64,000 nucleotides of DNA from Fistulifera solaris (GCA_030295235.1 AP026162.1:2418001-2482000), one strand, 5' to 3'. Shown: positions 24,149 through 37,609, counted from the first letter of the stretch. Program-made: numbers and translations. The notes: generated by a model from the sequence alone, not told the origin.

Positions 24149-24176
24149 TGAGTCATGAGTCATGAGTCATGAGTAA
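24149..24176. promoter_or_regulatory. Tandem TGAGTCA (AP-1/GCN4-type bZIP consensus) array in a divergent intergenic region
   Basis: TGAGTCA x3 plus TGAGTAA. Regulatory function is inferred only from similarity to the consensus. Confidence 0.35.
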
Positions 24177-24696
24177 CGAAAGAAAGCTTGAGCATCGAGC
24201 AACAATTTTGTCAGAGTGCGACTCACTATCGATAAGAGTGTACTCGAGGAACCCCATCGAAACACTTTTTGTCGACCGCACCGAAACGCTTCGTCGCCCA
24301 CTGTTTCTTTTATACAAGCGAGTCGGCCGGAAATCGTTTTTCGAACGCCGCACAACGACGCAAGTAAATACTCGCAAAAGGCACCATAAAAGCCTCTCTC
24401 GTTCTTCTGGAGAAAGAGACATCGATCGTTTGATTTGCTAATTTTCTTGCAAGGTTCGACGACACGAGTTACGATTGTGGGGTGCGGCCCGTCGCGAAAT
24501 GAAATTGGATAATTGAAACGATTCTATTTTTTTTTAATTTGTAGTAATTATCGACTTCACCGCCGCACAGAGATCGAAGAGCCTCTCCGTTTCACGCACA
24601 TGCTGAGAGAACAACATCATTTTTACAGGGAAGAATTCATAAGAAAGAAACGCGGCAACATATTCTTTTCCTGAATTAACGGCGAAGAAGGACACA

Positions 24697-27696
24697 ATGG
24701 TACGCGCAGAGAACGAAAAAAAAGAATTCATCGTTCTTGATCTCATTTTATGCTCTTTATAAAGGTCTTTTGCTGCATTGCCATTGTAGCTATCGCCATT
24801 GTGTATTTCATTGGATTATGGATTCGACAATTGTTTTTGGGACGGCGTCGCGATCCCTATTTTGCGGCATGGCCACCCCCACCCCGCGCGTTGGCGGGCA
24901 ACGGGGCGTGGCCGGTCTATGGACATACGCGATTGTTTCGACGGCACGTCGGTGATGTCATGCTCAGAATTTGAACCGCAATGGACGGAATATGCCATCG
25001 CGGGTCGTTCTCTCGGCCACTGTTTTGCGATTTTCATTTGGGGACAGTGGCGGGTGGGCATTCAGGGACCGGAACGCGCCCAACAATTCTTTCAACAGCC
25101 CTTGCAAGAAGGATGGCCGTGGACCCCGCCCGTGACGTTATTGGGAAAATCGTGCCTCGCATTGTTGCAACAAGAAGATATCGGACAAGCCAAGAGTTTG
25201 CGGGGGATGTTGGAAAAGCCATTGTCGGCGAACGCTCTGCAACGATTCGCTCCGGTGTTTGCGCAAGCCGCCGAGCAGTGTTTATTGGCGGTCGAACAAG
25301 GTGTGTTTCGGAAAACGCGGTCGCCACAAAAGCAACCACCGGATCAGTGTGCGGCGTCACCGACGGATGAGGAGGATTGTTGTGAGGACGAAGAGGAAGA
25401 CGAACTCGAAGAAGGTGCTTGTTGTAAACTCAAATGGGAGGCATTGCGGTCGTACAGTTTAGATTTAGTGAATGGGCCTTTGTTTGAAATGAATTTATGG
25501 AGCGAAGAGACCGTCAGTCCTTTTAAAGCAAGCTCCCACGAGGCATCCTTTCAAAGAGAAGAAGAACCACCGACTTGGAAAGCCGTGTTAACAAACTGGA
25601 ACACACCGAAACATGCGAGAAAGGAAGAACCGCCGACTCGTGAATTGATGTTATTGTGGATGGAACGAATAAAACTAGGTTTAGATGTCATCAAACTGAC
25701 GTTTGGACCGGAATGGATGTATGTTTGGATGTTCAATGAATACGGGAGAGCCGTCAATGCACGCATGTACGTGGAGAAGCTCATTGGGGGACATGTGGAG
25801 CGCATGGCGGCGTTAGATCCGCAAGTAACGCATGAACGGGGACACGTCTACCACGAGCCCACCACGCAGCCCTTCCCTCTCTTGGCGCTACATCAGAATT
25901 TAGTACACAGTAAAGAAGGCATCTTTGGAGACTTTTCGGTGTATCCGACGCCAGCGAAATCAACTGCTGTTGGAGTCGAAGAAGTGACACCGGGAAACCG
26001 AACACGTTGCAACAGCATGCCCAATACTTCGGTCGCCGAATTGTCACCCGTGAAGGACGCTTGTTTCGCGTCACCGTACGTGACACCCTTTAAGACAGAA
26101 CAAGATTTGGCTCGAGCCAGTCCGATACGGAAGCCGGAGAGTATTTCACCGGAAGGTACGAAGTGGGGATTGAAAGAAATACGTTTAGAAGGGTTTCCAC
26201 AAGGTGCATCCATGTCACCATTGAGTGAAGTAGGCACTTGTCCGGTTCCACAATGGAAGAGTCGTCCCATGGCAACTCCCCTGGCCGACACAGCTGAAGC
26301 GACAGATGGAACCAGGAAGCCTCACCAGAAGAAAAATGTCAGTGAAGTATTTCGAGAAATAAAAGCGAATAGAGAGAAGCAGAAGCATCTCTCAGATGAC
26401 GGCCAAGTCGTTTATAGCTTTTTCAACCCCACACAGCGGAGATCATTTGACGAAGCCGATGACTCTCCAGTAATCAAAGCCGTTAAGTCGATGAATGGGA
26501 AGAATTTGACGGAAACAAAAGAGATTCCTACCCATATTGCACCAGACACTAGTGAGACAGCAGAAGAGATTTGCAAAGAAAACGCATCACAATCGACCCA
26601 ACGGATATCAAATGTACATAAACAAATCGAACAACGATCAGTGACAAACGGCACCCATCTGAAAACCTTGTCGTCGTCTTTTTCTTCGAATAAGTCGGGT
26701 ATTTTAGCTGGGTCAACTTCTGCACCATTAAAACGCTTTGCAACACCCCAAATACCAATGACAACACCCTTCCGACAGCAGAAGAGGGTTCGTAGTACAG
26801 GAAAGAAGAAACCGATTCCGGATACAGGCGATACCAACGTGCAGTCGCTTCTACAAGCATTGTTGCAACAACGAGGTCCAGAGGGAAAGGGTATATCGCA
26901 AACGACCTTGATGGAGCTGATCATCAACATATGGATGATGTTAGAAGTTGGAAATGCTTGGACTGCCATGGCCATGACCCTGCTAGCATGGGACGAGACA
27001 GCACTGAGTGTAATTCAAGAAGAGTTAGATGTTCTAGAACTAGAGTTTGGCGGCGAACTTCTTTCTCCTGCAGCGCTGGATCGTATGAAATATCTCGATG
27101 CTCTTATTTACGAATCAATACGCCTGATTCCTCCGTTCTTGGGAGGACTGAAGTCGACTACTGAAACGGTTATTTTAAAGGATGCCGGTGTACAAATTCC
27201 AAAAGGATCCCACATTTTCTTCTGTCAGCCATCGCGACAAGAATTCGATCTTTTCGCAGCTGTCGGCAAACGTCCGGAATGTCTGGGTCAGCAGTATCCT
27301 TGTATCGAACTCTTTGGCTTTCTACCACTACAAGGGCTCGAGGTACCACTGATGGTGTTGCAGTGCAAGGTTTTTCTGGTTGTGACGCTTCGAAACTACG
27401 CACCCACTGTTTCGAAACGAAATACGTTTATACGTCGAGTCAAATCCGCCGTGAGCTTTCGAAAAAGTCAGCATGTCGAAACACCCGAAGCATCATTGCG
27501 ATCCTGGGCGGGACTCACGGATGTTGCCGAAGGTTCGAACCATTCCATCGGCGCGTGGGATGTGGAAGACGGGCCTGCCGCGGCCGCGGATCAAAGCAAT
27601 CACAGGATGACCCCTTCGGAAGCGCTGAAGCAGTTTACGAAAATTCCATTTCCGGAGCCCAAGCGGGTGATTCAGTTGAAACCACGGGGTCTTTAG
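24697..27696 (+). CDS. Cytochrome P450-fold protein with large low-complexity insertions and no recognisable heme-ligand motif
   Basis: TM anchor plus PPPP..GAWPVYGHT (frame of ORF 24750; two frameshifts near 24757 and 24970), GWPWTPPVTLLGK, IQEELD, MKYLDALIYESIRLIPP (ExxR), GVQIPKG. Confidence 0.8.
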
Positions 27697-28120
27697 GAAT
27701 TGAAGTTGACCTCGGAAAGTTTTAGGAAATCTGACATAATAATAATGCATATTATTTACATCGTGTTACCGACCCTCAATTAGTTTTCATGCTCCTGCTG
27801 ATTTTAGTAGCCTCTAGAGTGATCAAGCTTTTTAGCAATGACATTTGATGACATAGCCCTCGAAAGTATGTTTTATGTTAAAAAATACTGTACATAGATG
27901 AGTCACGAACATAACAAACAGTGACCCGGCGTCTGGCCTTGGTGCCGCACGTACTTGCGCCGCATCTCGCATTTTATTTTGTTATTCACAACAATAAAAA
28001 CGAAGAAGAACATCAAACAAAAGCATCAAGCAATACCTTCAAGCAACGTTCTAAGAGATTATCTTGACTGTTGAGTTCTAGGCTGATCTAAGCTGTTAAA
28101 ATAGCCTCTTGTTGACGAGA

Positions 28121-28573
28121 ATGTTCCGCTTTCCTTCCTTGCTGTCTCCCACCCCTCGCACGCTCGCCCTGCGACCGTGTTGGCTTTCCTCAATGTCAAC
28201 AAACACCGCTGCTTTCTCATCTACGAATGCAGAAAAGAGTATCCACGACATGTCGAATGAAGAATTGGCGGATACATCGACTATTCCCGGTTGGGAATGG
28301 ATTCATTCACCTCCCCGCAAATTCCCTCGGGGCGCCTTGATCGGGACAGTCGTATCGGATCGCATGCAAAAGACCGTGAATGTAGCCGTCGATCGATTCC
28401 GTATCATTCCGAAATTGCGATTACGACGACGCTATACACGAAAATTCATGGCACACGATGAACAAGAAGTGGCGAAGATTGGAGATTTGGTGATGATTAC
28501 ACCGTGTCATCGTATTTCGAAGCACAAGCATTTCATGTTGCGAGAAATCTTGCGCCCGAAAGATAAATTGTAA
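28121..28573 (+). CDS. MRPS17: Mitochondrial ribosomal protein uS17m
   Basis: GTVVSDRMQKTVNV, KFMAHDE, IGDLVMI...ISKHKHF; Arg/Ser-rich presequence. Confidence 0.92.
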   Translation: MFRFPSLLSPTPRTLALRPCWLSSMSTNTAAFSSTNAEKSIHDMSNEELADTSTIPGWEWIHSPPRKFPRGALIGTVVSDRMQKTVNVAVDRFRIIPKLRLRRRYTRKFMAHDEQEVAKIGDLVMITPCHRISKHKHFMLREILRPKDKL

Positions 28574-28781
28574 TGTTTATAATGCTTCGTTTTCATTTTT
28601 TTGTTCTACAGTAAGCGAGTGAATTTCTTTCCAGCCTCTTAAGTATCGAGGATCGTTCCGATGCGAATGTTACTGGTATTCCGTTTTAGATTACAGTTAT
28701 GCATATCCTATGTTCTCTAGCCAGTCGTCATTCTTAAACGGTAGTTAATCGTCTTACCAGGTATTCGATACGTTAAACATC

Positions 28782-30286
28782 TCAATAAAGGAAGGGCGAA
28801 AACTGCACTAACTCACATAGGATGTCCGTATAATTCGCAAGCAAGAGCGAGGATCGTCGAAAGTCACCGCTAGCACTTTGCATCAGCGTCTCGCCGACGA
28901 TCACTGGTTGAAGCGAAAGAGGTTCCTGCGTGAGCCCTTTTAAGCCGCGAAAGAAGCAGTTGATAACGTACAAATCATCTATCTCTGCACCGTCTGTCAC
29001 TCTGTTTCCATCCTTATCCATTACCTCAATGTACGGATTGCGCTTAAGCAATTGTTTCAGCAACGCATAGCCTGGATCCGCCTCTTCTTGATAGTTATCA
29101 ATTTTAAAATAGCGCAAGCTTTTGTGACTCTCCAACGTTGCGAACATGCTCTCGAGATGTTGATCAAATTGAATGAGAGAGTGATGCAACTGCAGCTCTA
29201 CCAGACTTTGATTAGCCTCGACAGCACGAAGCAGCTCCTCTACCACCGTAGCTAGTATTCTGTCAGACGCGTTGTATTTGAAGGTGAACTCTAATTTCAC
29301 AAAGTGTCCCAGTTCCGCGATACGGCCGAAAAATGCACAGAAAAAATCTTTGTATTTCTCGTGGACGTAAAGTGATCGAAATGATACTGAAAGTTCTTTC
29401 GGAACAATGTCAACAAGAGACCAATCCATCTCCAGAACTGTTTCTTCATGAATTTCAAAACCGACGCCCTTGACCGAGGCGGTCAAAAGCTGGTACATTT
29501 GACGCGGCGTTTCGCATGCAAAAATATGCAGCTTGTCAATTGTTCTGGCTCGTAAGAGGCGATGGAAAATGTCCTCGTCTTGCTCTCGGAAATGCCACAA
29601 TTTTAAATATCCGAACGGCGTAACTCGCTGTAGCAGGATCTCAGCAAATGTAGCGCCCCCATCGGAAAAGTGATCGTCCAGATTTTCCTCGAACGAAAGG
29701 AAAATGGGATGCGGCTGCCGAGCTAAAAACACCGATTGTGCTGGGCTGATGATGTTGGATCCTGCAAACAAAACTTCAGTTTCGACACCGTTTTGAAAAA
29801 GGAGACTCAGTTGATCGGGGGAAAACACACCAAAGTCAATAGGCTGCTCCGAATCAGAAATATACCACCTTCGACAAGTGCTGCCTAATATGCCCCAAAT
29901 AAAGGCCGCTGTCTCCGCAATCGCATGATCTGATTTCCCAATGATTGTACAGTAAAAGAACTGGAGACGATACTAAAGTACCTGTCATCCTCTTCCAAGA
30001 TAGCATTATATTCCGAACCATCTTCATAGTAGTCTCTGTCATCAAAAGTAAGCACTCCATCTTCACATTCGCTTGGTAAATGTGTCATAATAAGAGTGTC
30101 ATTCGGTCGCCAAATTGCATATAAAGCAGTATCAGTAAGCTGCTGGAGGTCCTCAACACTGGGTGTTCTTTTGAATTTGTGCCTGGCCAAGCGTAACATC
30201 ATGAAAGCGGTGACGTCCGGCACTCGCTGTTGGTCCATTTCAGAGAGCGGAATGCGTTCCAAGACGTCTTCAATTCTGGGCAACAT
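28782..30286 (-). CDS. Expanded family, copy H (subfamily I), frameshifts near 29880-29960
   Basis: LERIPLSEM, HKFKRTP, FSDGGATF, DWSLVDIVPKEL, DPGYALLKQLLKRN, LLANYTDILCEL. Confidence 0.82.
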
Positions 30287-30622
30287 TTTTGCGGAATAAT
30301 CAAATTATACAATCAGTTATCAAGGCTATAGACAGTCACAATTGCAAATGCAATGCTTATCATTATTATTTTTTTTGATGGTGCTCATCGTCGCGAACCT
30401 CGCCCGACATACTCAATCTGACTCAATGCGACATTTAATTCGTTTTGAAATCTAGGGTCGTAAAATAAGATCTCCCACTTCACCTAAGGCGTACGCTTCG
30501 CAAATCGATAAGAATGATAATAAGACAATGATGTTACACAAAGTATTAATCATGAAGAGCCAGTTCTCATTTTCAGAAATTCGTCTGTAGTAACAAAACT
30601 GCACCAAGCTCTTTTCCTCAGG

Positions 30623-32148
30623 CTAGCCAGAGTAAAATGCATCTGAACGAAGCAGCGATGGGTATTGTACCAGCTCACATAAAGCATCGGTATGATTCGC
30701 CATCAGAAAAGCCGACCGTTGAAAATCACCGCTTGCACTGCCGGCCAGCGTCTCACCTATAAGCGGTGGTAATAGTGATAGTGTCTCCCGCTTGAGACAC
30801 TGGCAATCTTGATAGAAACGGTTGAATCGATAGATTCGGCCTACTTCATCACCATCTGTCACTCTGTTTCCATGGCGGTCAAACACTTCAATGAATCTGT
30901 TCCGATTTAGCAGTTGCTTTAGCATAGCGTAGCCTGGATCGAACTCCTCCGTATACTCGGCAATTGTAAAGCGGCGTAATCCTGCATGGCTTTCCATCGT
31001 GGCGAATAAAAGATCGCGGTGTTCGACAGTTTGGGTATGCGCATAGCGCAAATGCAACTCTTCTAAACTGTGATTGGCGGATACAGCAGAAAGCAGCTCA
31101 TCGAAGACGCTGCAGGGAATGATCGCGTGCAACTTGCGAAACATTGTGACTCCAAGCTTCCTAAAATCTACCAGTTCGGCGAGTCGTCGAAAAAAAGAAC
31201 ACATAAAGACGATGTGAGTCTCGACATCTAGGTAGGACAACTCCACGGTCAGTTCGTTCGGAACAATGTCGACACGAGACCAATCCAGTTGCAAGCAACT
31301 CTCCACTTTCATCGAAAAGCCAACACCTTTGCTAGAAGAGGACAAGAGCTGCAGTATTTGTTGCGGTGTAGCGCAACCAAGCTCGAAGTTACTGAACTGT
31401 TGTAGCCGTTAAAAGAAAATGAAAGCTGTCATTTTGGCGTTTTCCTCAACCTTCCACAACTTGAGGCTCCCAAAGGGCGAATCCCTTCAAGAAGACTATT
31501 CACAAATAATTCACCCCCGTCCGAGAAACAGCGGAGAGAATCTTCTAAAGTCAGAGAGATAGGAAACGGCATTTGAGCTAAAAACACGGATTGCACAGCA
31601 CTGATATTCGACACTTCCAGCGTGATCTCCATCATCGGAATGTCTCAAATAGAAGCGCCAAGTTGTTGTGTCGAAACAATGCCAAAATTAAAATGTTCAT
31701 TCCAGCATCGGACCTCCCGAAACCGGCTATCGGTGTCGAGTTCCCATAGAAAAGCCGCTGTTTCCGCAATGGCGTGGTCGGACTTTCCAATGACAGTACA
31801 GCGCAGAGAACCAGAACAGAACCAAAAGCACCGGTTGTTACCCAAGGTAACGCATCGGATCGAACTTGTGTCTGGATCATGATAGACGAGCAATCCGATC
31901 CCATGCACCGGCCGGTTCATCTGTCAGAATGAGTGTTTGATTGTCTTGCCATATTGACCATAAGCCTTTCAGCTGCTGAAGGTCTTGGATGGAAGGAATC
32001 CTTCGAAACCGGTAAGTTGGCAACGCGTCCCGACGATTGCGTACAACAATGGGAACGCGTGCTGCAACGCTAGTTGAGTCTGAGGAACGAGTTCGAGCAA
32101 CGCTGATTCTCCGTTTGCAATGCTCTTTTCGATCCGTGATGCATCCAT
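30623..32148 (-). CDS. Expanded family, copy I (subfamily I), multiple frameshifts
   Basis: VIGKSDHAIAETAAFLW, FSDGGELFV, DWSRVDIVP, DPGYAMLKQLLNRNR, RSAFLMANHTDALCEL. Confidence 0.8.
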
Positions 32149-32760
32149 GCTCGAACGTTAGCTCTGTTGACGATATCTACAATGGTCAGCGTGAAGTGAC
32201 GGTTCTGGATGAGACCGTGCACGTTATTTGTGTCGATTGGAAGAGCCACCTTGGTCTAATCTTTCACGGGATGCGAATGAAAATGAATAATTATTATGCT
32301 CTGCGTCGCATGTGGATGCGTTCTTGGTGTTCTTTTTTTCGGACTTTCGGATCAAAAAGATCCTCAGCGCCAAAGTACTCTTTGGATGATAAACTATACA
32401 AATGACGTCAAAAAAGCGGCACTCAGCCATCAACGCCTTCTCATTCTGTGTCGCATCGTTTCATCGTAATTTCTAGCTTCCAGCTATATAGACGTCTTCA
32501 TGTTTTATCGATACCCTAACTTTATTCAATAAAAGCCCTCCCCATAAACAGCAGGTTCAATTTTTAAAGATAATTGTTATTTATGAAATAAATAAATGAA
32601 TGCGAAGTTCTAAATGATTTCAAAAAAATGAAGATGAAGGAAGGGCATTTCTCGAGTGCAATCAGAGTTTATACCCACATAAGCATAAAGGGTTCGGGAT
32701 TTGGGACAGTGAGCAGTGAGCCACAAAGATTGCGAACCATGATGATCGATAACGATAGGT

Positions 32761-33100
32761 CTAGTGCCTCATAGCAGAGCGTATCCAAAACACGCGTATC
32801 CGAATATAGACGTATAAAGTACGAATTGAGTACCGTTTTGGATACGATGGATACAGGGAAAATATATAGGATATAGTGTACACGATATTACAAAAATTTT
32901 CCTATTTAAGGATAAGGATCATCAGATTTTGTTGTCTATTCTCTATTCATCATCGCCGAAACAAGATAGAAGATGGTTTACACATAAGACGGGTGTATCC
33001 AATTGGATACATCGTTTGTCGTACTGGTATATTTGGATACACTTTTACTACTGTTCTATCCGCTGTATCCCTGTTGATACGCTCTACTGTGAGGCACTAG
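32761..33100. mobile_element. 340-bp MITE with TAGTG-type (hAT-like) ends
   Basis: TIR CTAGTGCCTCA(T/C)AG(C/T)AGAGCGTATC matches 23/25 (32761-32785 vs 33076-33100). Repeated internal GTATCC/GGATAC motifs. No 8-bp TSD found. Confidence 0.75.
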
Positions 33101-33362
33101 ACTCACTGATACTGGTACTGTACCAGGGACGAAGTTAACTATGTCTCCCATTGTACTTAAAATCCACAGTCACATTATTACTTCGGACAAGGGTCAAAGA
33201 AACGGGAATCAAAGATAGTACTCCGTACATTTTTGTAGCATTTGTCAATGTAATGATTTTTGGATATTTAAGCCTGTACAATACTATATTGTAGCTAAAT
33301 AAGTAAATATATTTTTTTAGTACTAGCGAAGACATCGTCTCCGAACGAAGACTTCGTCTCCC

Positions 33363-35272
33363 TAATCCGGTTAATCCTCACCAGTTTAGTACCGGAAGAC
33401 ATGTCACTACGACATTTATTGAGGTTTACAAATTTTGCCACGTGTAACTTTTCGGTGTATTTTTGTTTGAAAACCTTTTGGCCCGGCCCGCTCGCTACCA
33501 CCGTTTGTTTTTCTAATGAAAGAGCCGACGGGCGCTTCAGCATCAGCTTTTGTTTGTTTCAAAAATCGTCACACCTCTCACTCTCACTCACTCTCATTAT
33601 TTCGTCGCCGTTCGAGGTTCATAGTCTAATTCATACACCGTACCATGTAAACCAGAAAACGTTCACAGTTATTCAGCGGTTCGCGTACCAGGTAAGTTTT
33701 GTTTCGTGCAATGGCATTTGCTTTGCGAAGCACTCACCATGGATGTCGATTATCTCTGTTTTCAGCAATGGCCACGCACGTCGAAACATATTGTTCATAT
33801 CGCTTGGGCGCACGCTTTAAAAGGCGGACGATAGATGATGAATTTCTCATCATTGGCTCGTGGCTTCCTTGCTTGTTTGTTTGTTTGGTAAAGTTGAATA
33901 TGCGTATCACTAGGCCGTTTGATTGCAAGTCGTTCGAAGCTCTCGTTTTGTCTGTTTGATGTCCGTGTTGAAATCACCCGGTTATTGATGGTGTATCGCG
34001 TATCGCCCATCAGTTTTGCGTCAACCGCCAACATAACGTTTATTGAGATCGCTTTCATTGGTTGATGTGCCGTCGAGTAGAGGTCATTTGTGCTCGAAAG
34101 CATAACGCAGTCTTGCGGTTACTCTATTCCTTTCACTCCTCAATCTCACCATAATGATTAAACAAATGGATAACTGACATACGATAGCTCTCCTTTATAA
34201 AAAGCAACTTGATAGAGACTTTTTTTTTAGAAAACATAGTTGTCATAATGCAAACTCTGTGTGTTGCGTCGTTGCGTATAAGCTTACTGAACTTCTGTGT
34301 TACCCCCACGGAAATTCTGTCTGGTTTGTCTCCCATTAGCAGAAATTCTGTGTGATGAGTCAGTCGTTGATTAGAAAACAAGATAAGCTTATTATGATGC
34401 TAATTGTTTGGGAACTTTACTATTTCTACAGTTTAAAGTTTAAAAATGATGAAGTCTACCTGGTACTATTGAGGAAAGTAATGAAAGTCGGCTGCTGATC
34501 ATTGAAGGCAAACGACAGTCAAGCTCTGGCAATCAACGCAAACAGAATAGTGAAAATGGCGGACTTTCTCAACGCGTCAAGATCATATTTGACTGATCTG
34601 CCAAACCATTGAGCAATTTAGCAATGAAAAAGGCTTGAGCGACTTTCAAAGAGAACCAATAAAGCCTTTCTGTAACAAAACATGCAGACCTCCGCTCGAG
34701 TAATGACGAAAACATCCTTAGTGCTTCTCCCGTCACAATCCATGCCGCCCCATGCCGCGTCATGCATCATACGCGTTCTCATTTTCCGTCCCGGCAGATC
34801 AAGATGGCTGAACAGTCTATAGCCTGCAATCAGAAACAAAGGTGTGTGAGTGTGATAACATCAGAAGAGACACTGGGCGATGGATGCAGATTTTAGCTAA
34901 CTTACTCCTTTTGCCGTCAGTACTCGTATCTCTCCTTCTTCCATTTGCTTGTGTTGTATTATGATTCATGCGAGTATCGTTCGAAGGAATGTTTGATACG
35001 GAGTAATTGATAATTGAACGACAACGATTGTTTTTTTTATGACGACGCTTGATTTTGTGTTGCTGTTGCTGATCGAGAACGTGGAAAATGAAACGTCGGA
35101 ACGACCGTTTTGAATTTGTCTAAGTAAAAATCTTTACTTAGATATCAACGGCAAACGAACGTTGGAGCTTGCTCGCGCGATAAGAGCTTCTGAAATACGA
35201 GTGACGGACGAACTATTTCGGTGGGGAGGACGGACTATCCGGTATTCAAACTGGTGAGGATTAACCGGATTA
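33363..35272. mobile_element. 1.9-kb TIR element with TA at both ends (Tc1/mariner-like TSD); no recognisable transposase
   Basis: Perfect 25-bp inverted repeat TAATCCGGTTAATCCTCACCAGTTT (33363-33387 and 35248-35272) that splits a GACTTCGTCT array. Confidence 0.8.
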
Positions 35273-35351
35273 AGACTTCGTCTTCGCTACTGGAGACTTC
35301 GTCTTCGCTAAGGTAGACTTCGTCTTCGCTATGGGAGACTTCGTCTTCGTC
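35273..35351. repeat. ~20-bp tandem array of AGACTTCGTCTTCGCT; related arrays at 33329-33362 and 35880-35955
   Basis: Four near-identical units are visible directly. Confidence 0.9.
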
Positions 35352-36404
35352 TACACAAAATCGAAGACATTTCGTTCATACACGATGTCTTCTTTCGAAG
35401 ACATATTGCTTTTCTTCGCGAAAAACGTTGTTTCTCTCATACAAAAGAGTAGCGAAAGGTATTGGTATTTTTCGCTTATTATTTCCGAAAAAATCATCAA
35501 GGACAAACGGCGATGACGAATGACGACTCCTCCCTCGACTTGAGGGCACATGCCGCATTATTCATACCTTCCTTCGGCTCCGCCCCTCTAAATGAACCAG
35601 ATTGGAACAAGAGCTGTTTTTACCATTATTCGTGCGCTTTGGTTACGCCGAAACAGTATTCTCCATGAAATAGACGCGGCAGGCAGGAAAAGGCCGAGGT
35701 CGCAACGTTAGGCGACGAATTACGACCCAATATCTCCTCGGCCCAAACGGCCTCTTACCGGGAGGACCGCCCGTTGCTCGACGTTTCTCTCAAAGCAGCT
35801 GTCTCTCTCTCTACCGGATCAACGTGCTCTGTTGATTCAATTGAGGCATTTTCGTCTCCCAACTCCCAACTCTCCCAACGAAGACTTCGTCTCCCAATGG
35901 GAGACTTCGTCTCCTAAACGGGAAACTTCGTCTTCCTATGGGAGACTTCGTCTCCTTTTATGGGAGACATTTTTCGATACAAGACAGTACATGCTGAGTC
36001 GTGGAAAAACACATGGGGCATACATTTCAAAACGTTTAAGTAAGTAGAGTCACTGGACAACCGAAGTATCATGCCCGATAGTAAAAATTCTACTTAAGTA
36101 CACTATAAGTGCCTGTCAAGTACCGTCACGTTGAGTACTATGGAGATATATTTAACTTCGTCCCAGTAAAACTATTACTATTGCGCCATTTTTTAAACGC
36201 TAACCCTACAACCAATGCTCCAGTCTTGTTTTACAGAACTCGCCATCAAACCTTTTATTCCACGCAGCTTCCGAGTTTGCTTCCGAGCTCACTTCTCACC
36301 TCTCACCGGAGAAGCACGAATCACTGGAGACCATCGTTCCTTATCATTTCTTCACAAAAATAGACAATCTGCATTCATTTGTAAGGAGAGTATATTTATT
36401 CATC

Positions 36405-37366
36405 ATGGGAACAGAAGACAACTTATTCACGTTCTTGTCCTTCAGACATGTAATGGATAGAGCATTCATTATCTACTTGAGCCACTTGCTCTTGTTCACT
36501 CAACTGGCAATCATTGTGATCATCCCCCAGGTGGCAATCGCAGTCGCCTTGAGCAAAACAATAAGCGATCCTCCCTCAGAATCTATTGGGATAGCCTTCA
36601 ACTATATGGTGGAACGTGTCTTATGCTACCCAATCGCTATCTTCGTGCAAGCTGGCATCATTCATGTCGTGGCCAACCTCTACACGCAAACGATTGCCAC
36701 ACTCAAGAGATGCATGGTGTTTGCTTTGAGCCGATTTTGTGCTGTTTTCTGCTTCGATTTGCTCTATTCAGTCTTGTTTTACATTTTCTTCATTGGGATT
36801 GTGGGTCTGGCTATTTTCTTGTATGAGCTGTTTGAAGATATCCCGCATCTGAGTTATATTCGAGTACTACCTTTGATTACAGCTTCAGCATTGATAATTT
36901 ATGTCATGACTTCTTTGACGATTACATTGCCGATTTTTGTGGTAGAGAAGCGGTCTCCATGCGATGTTATCAAACGATCATTTGACCTTTTTTCTGGATA
37001 TCGCCGCTACATCTTTTGGATCTTTCTGCTTTTCTTCACGTCATACTTTGTTTCTTTGATGTATCAACGCCTCATTGGGGCAATATTTGGATTTTCCACT
37101 TTGGCGGTGGTTCTCAGTCGCCTTCCAGGAATAGTGACTCTGCCGTTACAGACAATGTAAGCATATTTTATTGAGTCATTCATGTCATTATTTCATGTGT
37201 AGCTCTCCTCACAAACTGTTACTTTTCCAGCATTATCACCATTCTCTACATCAGTTTACGCGTGCAAACGGAAGGTTTGGACATGGAAGTACTGATGAGT
37301 GATGTGCAAATGCCGATCAATGGCAGCTCAAGTCAGGAAAATGCGGTCCTAGCGGAGGTGGTGTGA
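36405..37366 (+). CDS. Multi-pass membrane protein of unknown function, two exons (intron 37157-37230)
   Basis: About six hydrophobic segments. The GTAAG...TTTTCCAG intron restores the frame to IIITILYISLRVQTEGLD...stop at 37366. Confidence 0.8.
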
Positions 37367-37609
37367 AACGAAGTATTGCATTCATTCATTTAAAAACGAG
37401 AAGTTTGATCACAGACTGAATGCACTTCAATGGTACCTTTCAAAGGTGGTTTAAAATAAATTGTTGCTTTCAATCAAACAATCGAGTGGCGCTTTTATTA
37501 TTAAGTCTATCATCTACTTTTTGAACTGTCGATCGAACAAGTTGATGCATTCCTTAGCTCCTCAGCGTTGTTTTCGTTGCTTGTTTCCCGAGACAAAGTC
37601 TCAACTCAG

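Larger units (their letters stand above)
33126..36164. mobile_element. Degenerate non-autonomous TIR element with GGG...CCC ends, hosting a nested element
   Basis: GGGACGAAGTTAACTATGTCTCC at 33126 vs the reverse complement GGGACGAAGTTAAATATATCTCC ending at 36164. Internal GAGACTTCGTCT arrays. No TSD found. Confidence 0.6.

Noticed and set aside
21564..28573. Bacterial operon or HGT island (bioB, yebC, rpsQ-like genes)
   Set aside because: The genes carry eukaryotic targeting presequences, have mixed orientations and lie among intron-containing genes and eukaryotic TEs.
35273..35955. Palindromic ~20-bp repeats resembling a CRISPR array
   Set aside because: The units are tandem with only 3-5 variable bases, there are no unique 25-45 bp spacers and no cas genes, and the context is eukaryotic. 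Better explained as TE subterminal repeats.
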